A stretch of DNA of 32,000 nucleotides from Candidatus Heimdallarchaeota archaeon B3_Heim. Lineage in GTDB: Archaea; Asgardarchaeota; Heimdallarchaeia; Hodarchaeales; Hodarchaeaceae. The notes beneath the pieces were generated by a model that saw only the letters and a program-made list of their open reading frames with translations, searched no databases and was not told where the DNA came from. This document shows, one piece after another, positions 1 to 9,163 of this stretch. A program made the position numbers and the translations under genes. How positions within the stretch are numbered: the first letter of the stretch is position 1; each line of letters begins with the position of its first letter. The stretch is from positions 43,255 through 75,254 of the forward strand of contig NJBF01000020.1 of the NCBI GenBank assembly GCA_003144275.1, read 5' to 3'.

Positions 1-34
1 AATAGAAGGTTAAACAGAATTAGGTGAAGACTGG

Positions 35-508
35 ATGCAACAAAGAGACGAAATACACCGCGAGTTAACTCGTCTATTAAAAAGTGATACATCAATTAAA
101 GTGACTTTACTAGGTGATAGAACAGGTTTAACGATTGCTAGAGCCTCAAGACTATTAGTATCAGCAACTATGGGAGCATTTGATCTTGAAAGTATTGGAG
201 CGATTGCTTCTGCGGTGTTTTGCGGCGCAGCAGAACAAGGAAGTGCCTTAACTCTTGGGGAGCTTGGTATTATGTTGGCTGAATTCACTGATGGCAAAAT
301 ATTGACCGCTCAAAGTGGAGAAAGAGGAGTTTTAGTAGTAGTCGCAGAATCAGATGCTCAATTGGGGTTGATCCGAATGCGGATGAAAGAATCATCAGAG
401 TCGTTAGCCTCACTCATGGATAGATTAATAGAGCCATCTGCCGTTAAAATGAAGAAACCCGAATCTCAATCAATAATGGCCGCACTTAAAGAACTCGAAA
501 ACTTTTAA
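35..508 (+). CDS. Roadblock/LC7 (MglB/LAMTOR-like) domain protein
   Basis: Roadblock pattern: VTLLGDRTGLTIA...ESIGAIASAVF...ELGIMLAEFTDGKILTAQSGERGVLVVVA...LGLIRMRMK; SD-like AGGTGA at 22-27, 7 nt before ATG. Confidence 0.85.
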   Translation: MQQRDEIHRELTRLLKSDTSIKVTLLGDRTGLTIARASRLLVSATMGAFDLESIGAIASAVFCGAAEQGSALTLGELGIMLAEFTDGKILTAQSGERGVLVVVAESDAQLGLIRMRMKESSESLASLMDRLIEPSAVKMKKPESQSIMAALKELENF

Positions 509-523
509 CCGTCCAACGATTAC

Positions 524-532
524 TTTTTTTTT
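524..532 (+). terminator. oligo-T archaeal terminator candidate
   Basis: Run of 9 T, 16 nt after the stop of 35..508. Confidence 0.5.
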
Positions 533-603
533 CTGCTACATTTATGTTATTAGTAATATGTAAATCACTTTAATTTATGTAACTAGAAATAGAAGGTTTA
601 GAA

Positions 604-1215
604 GTGCCTTATTCCCAACTAGATGACGTTATTTTGAAGTTAACTGATGAAGTTACGGTTCAAGTCCTAAATATTTTATTAGAAGAAAGAGAAATTATTG
701 ATGAAGACATTGTGAATATTCTAAATGAGGGATTGGATCAAGGGAATCAAGAGACTGAGGCCCCTGAAGAAAACAATATTCCGAGGATTGCTCTCAAAGA
801 AGTCAGAAAATCACTATATAAATTAAATGAAAGATCTCTCGCAAGGTACCGACGAGTACGTGATAAAGAAACGGGTTATTTTGTATATTACTGGTCACCT
901 ATTTGGGAAAGGATTCGAGACTTAATTGTCAGTCGTCGGAAGCAAACAATAAAGAAATTGAAGCAACGCTTAGACTATGAACAACGAAACCTTCTTTATG
1001 TGTGTGAAGAAGGACATACACCAGTTACTTTTTCTGATGCATTTGAATTTGGATTTTTATGCACCGTCTGTGGACAAGAACTTGCTCAAAAGGAGAACGC
1101 AGAGACAATTGCAATTCTACAAACCAAGATAACCGAGCTAAAAAAGATTCTCAAAACAGGTTTAGAAGAAATAGAGGGGATTGAAGAGAGAATGGAAAAG
1201 GCTGTCAACAGCTAA
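604..1215 (+). CDS. tfe: Transcription factor E (TFE / TFIIE-alpha N-terminal homolog)
   Basis: wHTH with EVRKSLYKLNERSLARYRRVRDKETGYFVYYW, coiled coil LKQRLDYE, Zn ribbon YVCEEGH...FEFGFLCTVCG; GTG start. Confidence 0.93.
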   Translation: MPYSQLDDVILKLTDEVTVQVLNILLEEREIIDEDIVNILNEGLDQGNQETEAPEENNIPRIALKEVRKSLYKLNERSLARYRRVRDKETGYFVYYWSPIWERIRDLIVSRRKQTIKKLKQRLDYEQRNLLYVCEEGHTPVTFSDAFEFGFLCTVCGQELAQKENAETIAILQTKITELKKILKTGLEEIEGIEERMEKAVNS

Positions 1216-1225
1216 AACATCGATA

Positions 1226-2275
1226 TTAAAAAGCTCTTTTTACCGAAAAATCGGCAACTTGTTCCAATAATTCATGCATGGATTTATCTCGAAATTCTAG
1301 CTTTGCAATGTTCATTTTTGCTTCATTAGCCCATTTTTGTGCTTCATTCATAACAAATTCTTTTACATTAGATTTCTCGATTAAAGGGTTACATTTGCTA
1401 ATACGCTCTTCATCAGAAATTTTTTGATCGGTTAGGCAATCTTTCAATATCTGAGCATCTGTAGAATCCAATAATCTTAGAGCTTGCACGATTACGAAGT
1501 TTCCTAATTTCTGTTCAATTATATCTTTAAATATGACTTTTCCAAATGTATCTGCAGTAGAAAAAATATCCAAATAATCATCTGCTATTTGAAACGCTAT
1601 ACCTGCAGCCCATCCATAATTCTCTGCGCAGTTTTGTTCATCTAGGGAAGCTCCAGCCACCATAGCGCCTAATTTACATGCAGCTGCTAATAAGGCTGCT
1701 GTTTTACCTCTAATCATTTCTAAATAGTCTTCTAAGGTCACATCCGTATATCGATTTGATTGAAAGTACTCATTTTCTATGTCTTCTTTCTGTTCAAATA
1801 GAATGTCCAAACGTTCTCCTTCTGTTAAATGACGGATAGTTTTTGAATACACATCAATTGTATTAGTGAAGTTTTCACCAGTGGCTTTTGCGGCGTCATA
1901 AATGGCTTCTCTATAAATTATTGCAGCTAAAATGGCAAATTTATCACCAAATTTCGCTCTAGTTGTTTTTTCCCCTCGTCTAAGATCTCCTCGATCAATA
2001 ATATCGTCTAGAATTAGTGAATACGTATGTATTAGTTCAATACCTGCAGCTGCAGATCTAGATTCGAGATCATTACTTGAAGCACCGAATGCACGCGCAA
2101 ATAGGAGGGTTAAAGCTGGACGTAGTCTTTTTCCCCCAGTTTTTGTTTGCCATTTGACTAAATCTATAAAATCAGAATGAATATCTTTGAGAAGAAATTC
2201 ATACATTTTTTCTTCAACAGACCTACCTAAGACACTTAATTCGGAAAAAACTTCGCTAAAATCTGAATTATTCAT
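1226..2275 (-). CDS. idsA: Short-chain polyprenyl (geranylgeranyl) diphosphate synthase
   Basis: GGKRLRP, FARM HTYSLILDDIID+RRG (aromatic at -5, Ser at -4, no insertion: archaeal type I), GKTAALL, SARM FQIADDYLD; SD AGGTGA 7 nt upstream. Confidence 0.93.
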   Translation of the reverse strand: MNNSDFSEVFSELSVLGRSVEEKMYEFLLKDIHSDFIDLVKWQTKTGGKRLRPALTLLFARAFGASSNDLESRSAAAGIELIHTYSLILDDIIDRGDLRRGEKTTRAKFGDKFAILAAIIYREAIYDAAKATGENFTNTIDVYSKTIRHLTEGERLDILFEQKEDIENEYFQSNRYTDVTLEDYLEMIRGKTAALLAAACKLGAMVAGASLDEQNCAENYGWAAGIAFQIADDYLDIFSTADTFGKVIFKDIIEQKLGNFVIVQALRLLDSTDAQILKDCLTDQKISDEERISKCNPLIEKSNVKEFVMNEAQKWANEAKMNIAKLEFRDKSMHELLEQVADFSVKRAF

Positions 2276-2456
2276 TTTTAATTCACCTGTTACTTTAATA
2301 ATTATGTTTACTATTGTTTTCGTTCAAGAATGAGCAACTTACAAGTTTCACACTTATTCGTGCATTTGAAATACGCTTAAATTAAATTTATCCTAGATAT
2401 TCTCATAGTAAAATTATCAGTCGCTTGGGTAAATTATTAGCCAATATCTTATAGCG

Positions 2457-3194
2457 TCATAAATCTTGTTCCAGATTTCTAGAAGCTAAGATCCATGATA
2501 TAGCCTGTTCTAATGAATCAACAACAGTTGAAGGAGCGCTGTAGCGAAGTAATACTGCTTTACTAACCAATCCTGTTGTTAAACCAATTGTATCTACACC
2601 AGCATCATTTCCCGCGAGAATATCTACAGGCATATCACCGAGAAAATAACAATGTTGAGGGCTCGTTGAACATGCTTCAATAGCCATAAGAAGCCCTTCG
2701 GGATCAGGTTTTATTCTAAGCACATCATCTCTCGAAATCAAAGCATCTGGATGAAAAAATTCCTTGATTCCGTGTTTTTCTATCGTTTCTACTAATTGTT
2801 TTCGAGAAGCATTTGTACAGATACCTAATTGAAACCCATGGTTTATTAGTTTAGAGAGACTTAATTTTACATCCGGGAAAAGTGGAGCGTTCTCATATAC
2901 AGATTTAACTTTTCTAATGCAATTCAAAGCAAAATAAATAGCTTTTAAACGCCCCAGACTCATTTCTCTCCCAATTCTCCAAAAAATGTAGAATATAAGT
3001 CTAATTCCACTATTAGTTTGAGGAGCTTGAAATTTTTTTAATAAATAAACACCAATTGTCTCCATTGATTCTGGGGTCACACTTACTCCTGTTTTTTCAA
3101 GATTAGAAATGATAATCTTATTGAATGATCGCATAGAATCGAGTAAGGTTCCATCTAGGTCGAAAATTGCTGCAAACGTTGAAGGATGTTTCAT
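2457..3194 (-). CDS. HAD-superfamily hydrolase (phosphoglycolate phosphatase-like, subfamily IA)
   Basis: Motif I FDLDGTLLDS, motif II ICTNA, motif III KPDP, motif IV LGDMPVDILAG. Confidence 0.9.
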   Translation of the reverse strand: MKHPSTFAAIFDLDGTLLDSMRSFNKIIISNLEKTGVSVTPESMETIGVYLLKKFQAPQTNSGIRLIFYIFWRIGREMSLGRLKAIYFALNCIRKVKSVYENAPLFPDVKLSLSKLINHGFQLGICTNASRKQLVETIEKHGIKEFFHPDALISRDDVLRIKPDPEGLLMAIEACSTSPQHCYFLGDMPVDILAGNDAGVDTIGLTTGLVSKAVLLRYSAPSTVVDSLEQAISWILASRNLEQDL

Positions 3195-3591
3195 CTGCGC
3201 TTAAATTCGTGAAGTTAACATTCGTAAATAAGCGATTTGTTACGGATATCTTTACTTCAATCTCAATTATGAATCTGATAATGAAAAACCTGATACGGTG
3301 ACTTTTTGTAGGACCAAATTTTGTTTAATCATTCATACACAGCTTAGGTAACGCTCTTTTTTTACAATCAGCAGGATTCGTTAATCAATCTCTTTTCCTA
3401 TTTTATAACTAACAATTGTTTCAAATTCCAAGATTTTACTAATAGGATACTACAAAAAGTCAAAATACACCCAGAAAATTCCTGCAAAGATAATTTATAT
3501 TTCAGAGGTTTTCAGTGATGTAGAGTCTGAAGGGTTTTTCTGCTATCAAACTGACACCAGTGCCAAGCACTGAAGGTTTAATTTTATACAC

Positions 3592-4554
3592 GTGATATAT
3601 ATGACGAAAGCTTTTGAAGTTCAAGATCTACGAAATTTAAGAGAAGAAATCGTACAACTTCGTGATCAAAAAGCTGATTTACTCAGTAATCTCCGAAAAT
3701 TGGAAAAAGAGCGAAATCAAAAACGTGAAGAGAGGGATAATCTCAATAAGTTGGCATCTGAGAATTTCGCTAAAGTAAGAGGATTAAAGGATCAACGCGA
3801 TAAAAATAACCGTTCAATCCAAGAATTAAAAGCAGTTCGTCGTAGCGTTCTTGAAGAAATGAAGGAGCTTATAGAAAAAGCCAAATCCTTACAGGAAGAG
3901 ATAGTATCAATGGATATCACGGAGCAGGATATCAAAAAATCTTACAGTCTTCGAAAACGCATTGATAGTTTAGATTGGAAAATACAAACAACTTCCAGAA
4001 TGGGGATTGCAGAAGAACGACAACTAACTGAGCAAGTGAATATGTTAATGGAGCAATTGGGTGACATCTCTGTATCTACTGAAAAGCTTAAGGCGCGAAA
4101 AGAAATAAATAGGGAAATTAACCATCTTAGAGGCTTTTTAGATCATAGTTGGAAAGACTTCCAAGAATTAGTGGAGAATTCCCAGAGGTCACACCAAGAA
4201 TTAACCGAACTCTATGATACTGGAAAAAAAGCAAAAGATGAAGCTGATACCTGTCATAAATTATTCTTGGAGAGAGCAGATGAAATACGAACTCTTCGGG
4301 ATGAATTCCGTGGGTTGAATAAATCACTGAGAGAAAAATCTAGTATCTTTAGAGAACAAAATCGTGCCCAAAAAGAACGTGTTCAGCTTGAACGAGAAAA
4401 AGCTAGTGCTGAAATACTAGAAGAGCAAAAAGCCATTATTCAGGAGAAATTAAGCTCCAAAAAGAAGAAAGTCTTGTCTATTGAAGAAATGCGAATAATG
4501 ATGAGTCAAGATCCAGATTTTTTAAGTAACGATGATGTTCTTGAAGAAGAATAG
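3592..4554 (+). CDS. Archaeal long coiled-coil protein (COG1340-like); start GTG 3592 or ATG 3601
   Basis: Continuous heptads, central LDWKIQTTSRMGIAEERQL motif and C-terminal KKKVLSIEEMRIMM typical of COG1340. Confidence 0.75.
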   Translation: MIYMTKAFEVQDLRNLREEIVQLRDQKADLLSNLRKLEKERNQKREERDNLNKLASENFAKVRGLKDQRDKNNRSIQELKAVRRSVLEEMKELIEKAKSLQEEIVSMDITEQDIKKSYSLRKRIDSLDWKIQTTSRMGIAEERQLTEQVNMLMEQLGDISVSTEKLKARKEINREINHLRGFLDHSWKDFQELVENSQRSHQELTELYDTGKKAKDEADTCHKLFLERADEIRTLRDEFRGLNKSLREKSSIFREQNRAQKERVQLEREKASAEILEEQKAIIQEKLSSKKKKVLSIEEMRIMMSQDPDFLSNDDVLEEE

Positions 4555-4715
4555 CAATTTCATCACCTCCAAATCCGGCTGAGATAATTTAACCACTATT
4601 TTTCTAATCAACTTTTGTGGGTCTAGTGCAAGAGCTCATTGCATAGCTATATATGTGAGGCTCTATATTGTCCGAAGTGGTTAGAAACGGATAATAAAGG
4701 GAGACACAAATTTCT

Positions 4716-5453
4716 TTGAATGAAAAAGAATTTTTCCGATTAGTAGGAAACGAAATAAGACGTGATATCCTTCGATCGGTCGCTCAAGAGCCAAAATATC
4801 TGTTTCAACTTTCTAAAGAGCTCAAGAGATCTCAACAATCACTACAAAGGCACCTCCAGTGCTTGTTGGAAAATGGTTGGTTGTCTCAAGAATTAGTAGA
4901 GGGACCTCATGGTCCAGCTCGCAAGCTATATCAAATAGCTAAGAATCTATCGGTAAGAATTACGTTAAGTCAGCATTCGTTTGCTATAGACGTATTTGAC
5001 ATTCAAATCGGAAGAATTTCTGACCCCTTGGACGATTTCCAAACTCATTTGAATGAAATAGGTAAAGATCTTTCATTGACACTTTCTCAAGGAATTCAAA
5101 AAGATCATCAGAATTATGCTGTCCAAATTCGTACCCTTAATACAATTCTTGATAAACTAGGGTCAATAGAAAATTTCATTCTGAGCAAAAAGCTTACTGT
5201 CACAGGTCAATTAAATGAGACAATTTCGATGAAACTAGAAGGTGACGATCATCGAAAAGATCGTGAATTGGCGTATACAATTTTTAGTAGCTCTGCCCCA
5301 ATAAAAATAGATGTGATTCAAAAAGAAATAAAAACAAAGCGAACTGAGCTTCTAGCTTCCCTTAAACGACTGAATGAAAAGAATCTTTTACCCGAACGAG
5401 GAGTAGATTTAATGCAGAAGCTAGAAGTCACATTGAGTAGCCAAACGGAGTGA
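4716..5453 (+). CDS. ArsR-type wHTH regulator, Phr-like archaeal heat-shock repressor (COG1777-like)
   Basis: VGNEIRRDIL...LFQLSKELKRSQQSLQRHLQCLLENGWL...GPARKLYQI..NLSVRITL parallels the Pyrococcus Phr N-terminus as I recall it (LGNETRRRIL...ELSRELGVGQKAVLEHLRILEEAGLI...GRPRKYYMI..GLRLEILL); first gene of the grpE-dnaK-dnaJ operon; TTG start. Confidence 0.8.
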   Translation: MNEKEFFRLVGNEIRRDILRSVAQEPKYLFQLSKELKRSQQSLQRHLQCLLENGWLSQELVEGPHGPARKLYQIAKNLSVRITLSQHSFAIDVFDIQIGRISDPLDDFQTHLNEIGKDLSLTLSQGIQKDHQNYAVQIRTLNTILDKLGSIENFILSKKLTVTGQLNETISMKLEGDDHRKDRELAYTIFSSSAPIKIDVIQKEIKTKRTELLASLKRLNEKNLLPERGVDLMQKLEVTLSSQTE

Positions 5454-5456
5454 TAA

Positions 5457-6092
5457 ATGCCAATGAAAGAACATACTCCACAGAATACAAAAAATAATTC
5501 AAATTTCTATGACATTGATGAACAAATTAAAGAATCTGACTCAAAAAAAGTCAAGATACCAACGTACAGTAAATCCATGGATAGCAAATCATCTCAGCAA
5601 AGCAAACAAGGGGAGCTAGAAAGCCAAATTGAGAAGCTTAAAGAAGAGTTAGTACAAAAGGAGAAGACTAATCAAAAAGATAAAGAGCGTTTTCTTCGTG
5701 CATTAGCTGATTATGAAAATCTTGAGAAGCGAACAAAAGCAGAAAGATCAAGAATATTAAAAAATGCTAATGCTAATCTTCTGACGACATTTCTTGAACT
5801 AGCAGATACGTTAGAAAAAGCAAAATCAAGTTTTACTGATTCCTCGAATGCTAATACTGAATTAAAAGAGGGTTTTCTAGCAATTGAAAGACAGTTTTCA
5901 AGTATCTTGAACAATGCAGGAGTTGAAAGACTTGAATGTCTGGGGACAAAATTCGATCCAGCTTTCCATGAAGCTGTGTTCGTAAGAAAAGATCCAGGAG
6001 AGGGAGAAGACATAATTTTGGAAGAAGTTCAGGCTGGTTACACACTGAACACTACCTTACTACGACCTAGTAAAGTGATAATTGCAAAATAA
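5457..6092 (+). CDS. grpE: Nucleotide exchange factor GrpE
   Basis: RALADYENLEKR, FDPAFHEAV, QAGYTLNTTLLRPSKVII. Confidence 0.97.
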   Translation: MPMKEHTPQNTKNNSNFYDIDEQIKESDSKKVKIPTYSKSMDSKSSQQSKQGELESQIEKLKEELVQKEKTNQKDKERFLRALADYENLEKRTKAERSRILKNANANLLTTFLELADTLEKAKSSFTDSSNANTELKEGFLAIERQFSSILNNAGVERLECLGTKFDPAFHEAVFVRKDPGEGEDIILEEVQAGYTLNTTLLRPSKVIIAK

Positions 6093-6113
6093 TAATATTA
6101 AGGTGAACACAAG

Positions 6114-7946
6114 ATGCCTAGACCAATTGGTATAGATTTAGGAACAACTTTTTCTGCCATAGCCACAATGGAAGGTGGAAAAGCAAAGATTATTCCCAAT
6201 GCGGAAGGTCAGCGAATTACTCCCTCTGTAGTATCCATTTCGAAAGAGGGTGAACGAGTAGTTGGAATACAAGCTAAAAGACAAGCTGTTTCCAACCATG
6301 AGAGGACAGTTAGATCCATAAAAAGAGAGATGGGAACTAAGTATACAGTGACTATTGATAGAAAGGTCTATAAACCTCCTGAAATAAGTGCAATGATTCT
6401 ACAAAAACTAAAACGAGATGCTGAGGCTTATTTGGGTGAAACTATTACCCAAGCAGTAATTACCGTTCCAGCATATTTTTCTGATTCCCAACGTCAAGCT
6501 ACAAAGGATGCTGGTAAAATTGCGGGGTTAGAGGTTCTAAGAATTATTAATGAACCCACAAGTGCTTCTTTAGCTTATGGAATGGACAAAGAAGAAGAAT
6601 CGACAATTCTTGTTTTTGACTTGGGTGGTGGAACATTTGATGTTTCAATATTAGAATTATCCGAGGGTGTATTCGAGGTAAAAGCAACATCAGGTAATAA
6701 TAGACTTGGGGGAGACGATTTTGATCAACGAATTATTGATTGGATGATTGAAGAGTTTAAAAAACAAACTGGGTTGGATCTTTCGAAAGATCCAATGGCA
6801 TTACAACGATTGAGAGATGCAGCAGAACAAGCAAAAATTGAGTTATCACAAAAAACTTCCTCAGATATCAATTTACCATATGTTTATGCTGATAACACTG
6901 GACCTAAACATCTGAATCTTTCTCTTACAAGGTCAAAATTTGAAATTATGATCGCTGATCTCATTGAAAAAGCTATGGGTCCTACTCGACAAGCCTTAGC
7001 CGATGCAAAACTTAAGCCTTCCGAAATTAATAAGATTTTACTCGTTGGTGGTTCTACTCGTGTTCCTGCCGTACAATCAGCATTACGTAACTATTTCAAT
7101 AAAGAACTAACAAAAGAACTCAATCCTGATGAATGTGTAGCTCTGGGAGCAGCGATACAAGCCGCAATTATAACTGGTGAAGTAAAAGATGTTTTGTTGC
7201 TCGATGTTACTCCTTTGTCTTTAGGGATAGAAACTCTAGGTGGAGTATTTACCAGGTTAATTGAAAGAAACACTACTATTCCAACTCATAAGAGTCAAAT
7301 CTTCTCTACCGCAGCTGATAATCAACCATCAGTTGAAATTCACGTATTACAAGGAGAAAGGAAAATGGCCACAGGGAATATAACCCTAGGCAAATTCCAA
7401 TTGGTCGGAATACCTCCCGCTCCTAGAGGCGTTCCACAAATTGAGGTAAGCTTTGATATTGATGCCAATGGAATTGTAAATGTATCAGCAAAAGATCTTG
7501 GAACTGGAAATGAGCAGAAAATAACCATTAAGAGTGATAGTGGCCTTTCAGAAACAGATTTCAAGAGAATGGCTGAGGAAGCAGAAAAATACGAGGAAGA
7601 AGATAATAAAAGATTGGAAGAAGCTGAAGCACGAAATAAAGCAGACTCACTTGTCTATCAAGTTGAAAAGATGATTAAGGATTTAGGTGAACAAGTGGAT
7701 GCTACCACAAAAAGCAACGCAGAGAGTACGATTGAATCACTTAAATCATCTTTACAGAGCGGAAATATTCCAGATGTCATTAAAAAGAGTGAAGATCTAG
7801 AGAAAATTGCACATGAATTAGCACAGAAACTTTATGCTCAACAAGCTCCGCAAGGAGCACCAGGTGCAGGTTTTCAAGGGGCTCCATCGGGTCAAGATGA
7901 CTCCGAAGTTGTAGACGTTGATTATGAGATTGTCGATGAAGAGTAA
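6114..7946 (+). CDS. dnaK: Molecular chaperone DnaK (Hsp70)
   Basis: [61 protein letters not shown]; short form without the proteobacterial insert; SD AGGTGA 6101-6106. Confidence 0.99.
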   Translation: MPRPIGIDLGTTFSAIATMEGGKAKIIPNAEGQRITPSVVSISKEGERVVGIQAKRQAVSNHERTVRSIKREMGTKYTVTIDRKVYKPPEISAMILQKLKRDAEAYLGETITQAVITVPAYFSDSQRQATKDAGKIAGLEVLRIINEPTSASLAYGMDKEEESTILVFDLGGGTFDVSILELSEGVFEVKATSGNNRLGGDDFDQRIIDWMIEEFKKQTGLDLSKDPMALQRLRDAAEQAKIELSQKTSSDINLPYVYADNTGPKHLNLSLTRSKFEIMIADLIEKAMGPTRQALADAKLKPSEINKILLVGGSTRVPAVQSALRNYFNKELTKELNPDECVALGAAIQAAIITGEVKDVLLLDVTPLSLGIETLGGVFTRLIERNTTIPTHKSQIFSTAADNQPSVEIHVLQGERKMATGNITLGKFQLVGIPPAPRGVPQIEVSFDIDANGIVNVSAKDLGTGNEQKITIKSDSGLSETDFKRMAEEAEKYEEEDNKRLEEAEARNKADSLVYQVEKMIKDLGEQVDATTKSNAESTIESLKSSLQSGNIPDVIKKSEDLEKIAHELAQKLYAQQAPQGAPGAGFQGAPSGQDDSEVVDVDYEIVDEE

Positions 7947-7978
7947 TTGAAATCGTAAGAATTTATCAGGTGATATGA

Positions 7979-9127
7979 CTGAGTAAAAACAAAAAAGATT
8001 ACTATGAGGTTCTTGGTGTCCAAAGGGACGCAGATGTTAAAGATATCAAGAAAGCCTTTCGAAAGTTAGCTCGGAAGTATCATCCTGATATGAACCCTGA
8101 TGATCCAAGCGCAGAAGAGAAGTTTAAACAAGTAGCTGAAGCATTCGAAGTATTATCTGATAATGAAAAACGGCCTTTGTATGATCGATATGGTCATGAA
8201 GGCTTATCAGGCGCTTCATTCAGAGATTTTTCAGGCATGGGGCTAGATGATCTTTTTGGTGGGTTTGGTATATTTGAAAATATCTTCAATGCCTTTGGAG
8301 GCGGAACTCAAGCTAGGACTTCCCGTTCTCGTGCGAGACGCGGTCAAGATGTAAGGCTTAACATTGATCTCTCTTTCGATGAGGCAATGAAGGGAATAAA
8401 GAAGTCAATTAAAGTCCCTAACTGGGCACAATGTCCTGTATGCCATGGCAATAGAATTAAAAAAGGCGAATCACTCATTAAGTGTAGTACCTGTGGTGGA
8501 GTAGGAGAAGTGCGTCAGGTTCAGAGAACGGCCTTTGGACAGATGATAAATATTACCACTTGCCCAAAATGCCGTGGAGAAGGTGAGAAGTTGAAAAAAG
8601 GGACAGAATGTGAGACTTGCAACGGAGTTGGCAAAGTTAAGCAAACTAGAACTGTTGAAGCTCATGTCCCTGCTGGGGTTGATACAGGAATGCGTGTGGT
8701 AGTTCAAGGAGAGGGCAGACCTGGTGAGTTGGGAGGACCTTCTGGGGATTTATATTTGGTAGTAAACATATCCCCTCATCCTTTCTTCCAAAGAAATGGT
8801 GCGGAAATTCTTCTGGAATATCCGATTAGTTTTCTTGACGCCGTATTAGGGACAAAACTTACAATTCCTACAATTAACGGAGACGAGAAAGTTACAATCA
8901 AACCAGGTACTGAATCTGGGAAAATAATTACCCTTAGAAAAAAAGGCGCCCCTAATCCTAATAGGTCTGGTCGTGGCGATATGCACATCGGAATTACTGT
9001 AAAATTTCCTAGTAAATTAGAAAAAAGTGTAAAACAAACATTACAGAAACTTCAAGAAGAAGACGAGGCAAAATATGTATTTAGAAATAATCCTGGATTA
9101 GCTAAATACTTAGGTTCCCAAAAATAA
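7979..9127 (+). CDS. dnaJ: Molecular chaperone DnaJ (Hsp40); J-domain extends upstream of the called ORF to a CTG at 7979
   Basis: In frame with ATG 8090: CTG AGT AAA AAC AAA AAA GAT TAC TAT GAG GTT CTT GGT = (M)[12 protein letters not shown]...[15 protein letters not shown]; G/F region; four CxxCxG Zn repeats; C-terminal RGDMHI domain; in-frame TGA at 7976-7978. Confidence 0.95.
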   Translation: MSKNKKDYYEVLGVQRDADVKDIKKAFRKLARKYHPDMNPDDPSAEEKFKQVAEAFEVLSDNEKRPLYDRYGHEGLSGASFRDFSGMGLDDLFGGFGIFENIFNAFGGGTQARTSRSRARRGQDVRLNIDLSFDEAMKGIKKSIKVPNWAQCPVCHGNRIKKGESLIKCSTCGGVGEVRQVQRTAFGQMINITTCPKCRGEGEKLKKGTECETCNGVGKVKQTRTVEAHVPAGVDTGMRVVVQGEGRPGELGGPSGDLYLVVNISPHPFFQRNGAEILLEYPISFLDAVLGTKLTIPTINGDEKVTIKPGTESGKIITLRKKGAPNPNRSGRGDMHIGITVKFPSKLEKSVKQTLQKLQEEDEAKYVFRNNPGLAKYLGSQK

Positions 9128-9163
9128 TAGATTTTATGACATATGAGGATAGTATAGATTTTT

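Noticed and set aside
1-598. 11-bp direct repeat AATAGAAGGTT at 1-11 and 588-598
   Set aside because: AT/purine-rich promoter- or SD-type sequence; no evidence of a target-site duplication or mobile element
4620-4650. CIRCE element upstream of grpE-dnaK-dnaJ
   Set aside because: Does not match TTAGCACTC-N9-GAGTGCTAA, and the regulator is not HrcA-like
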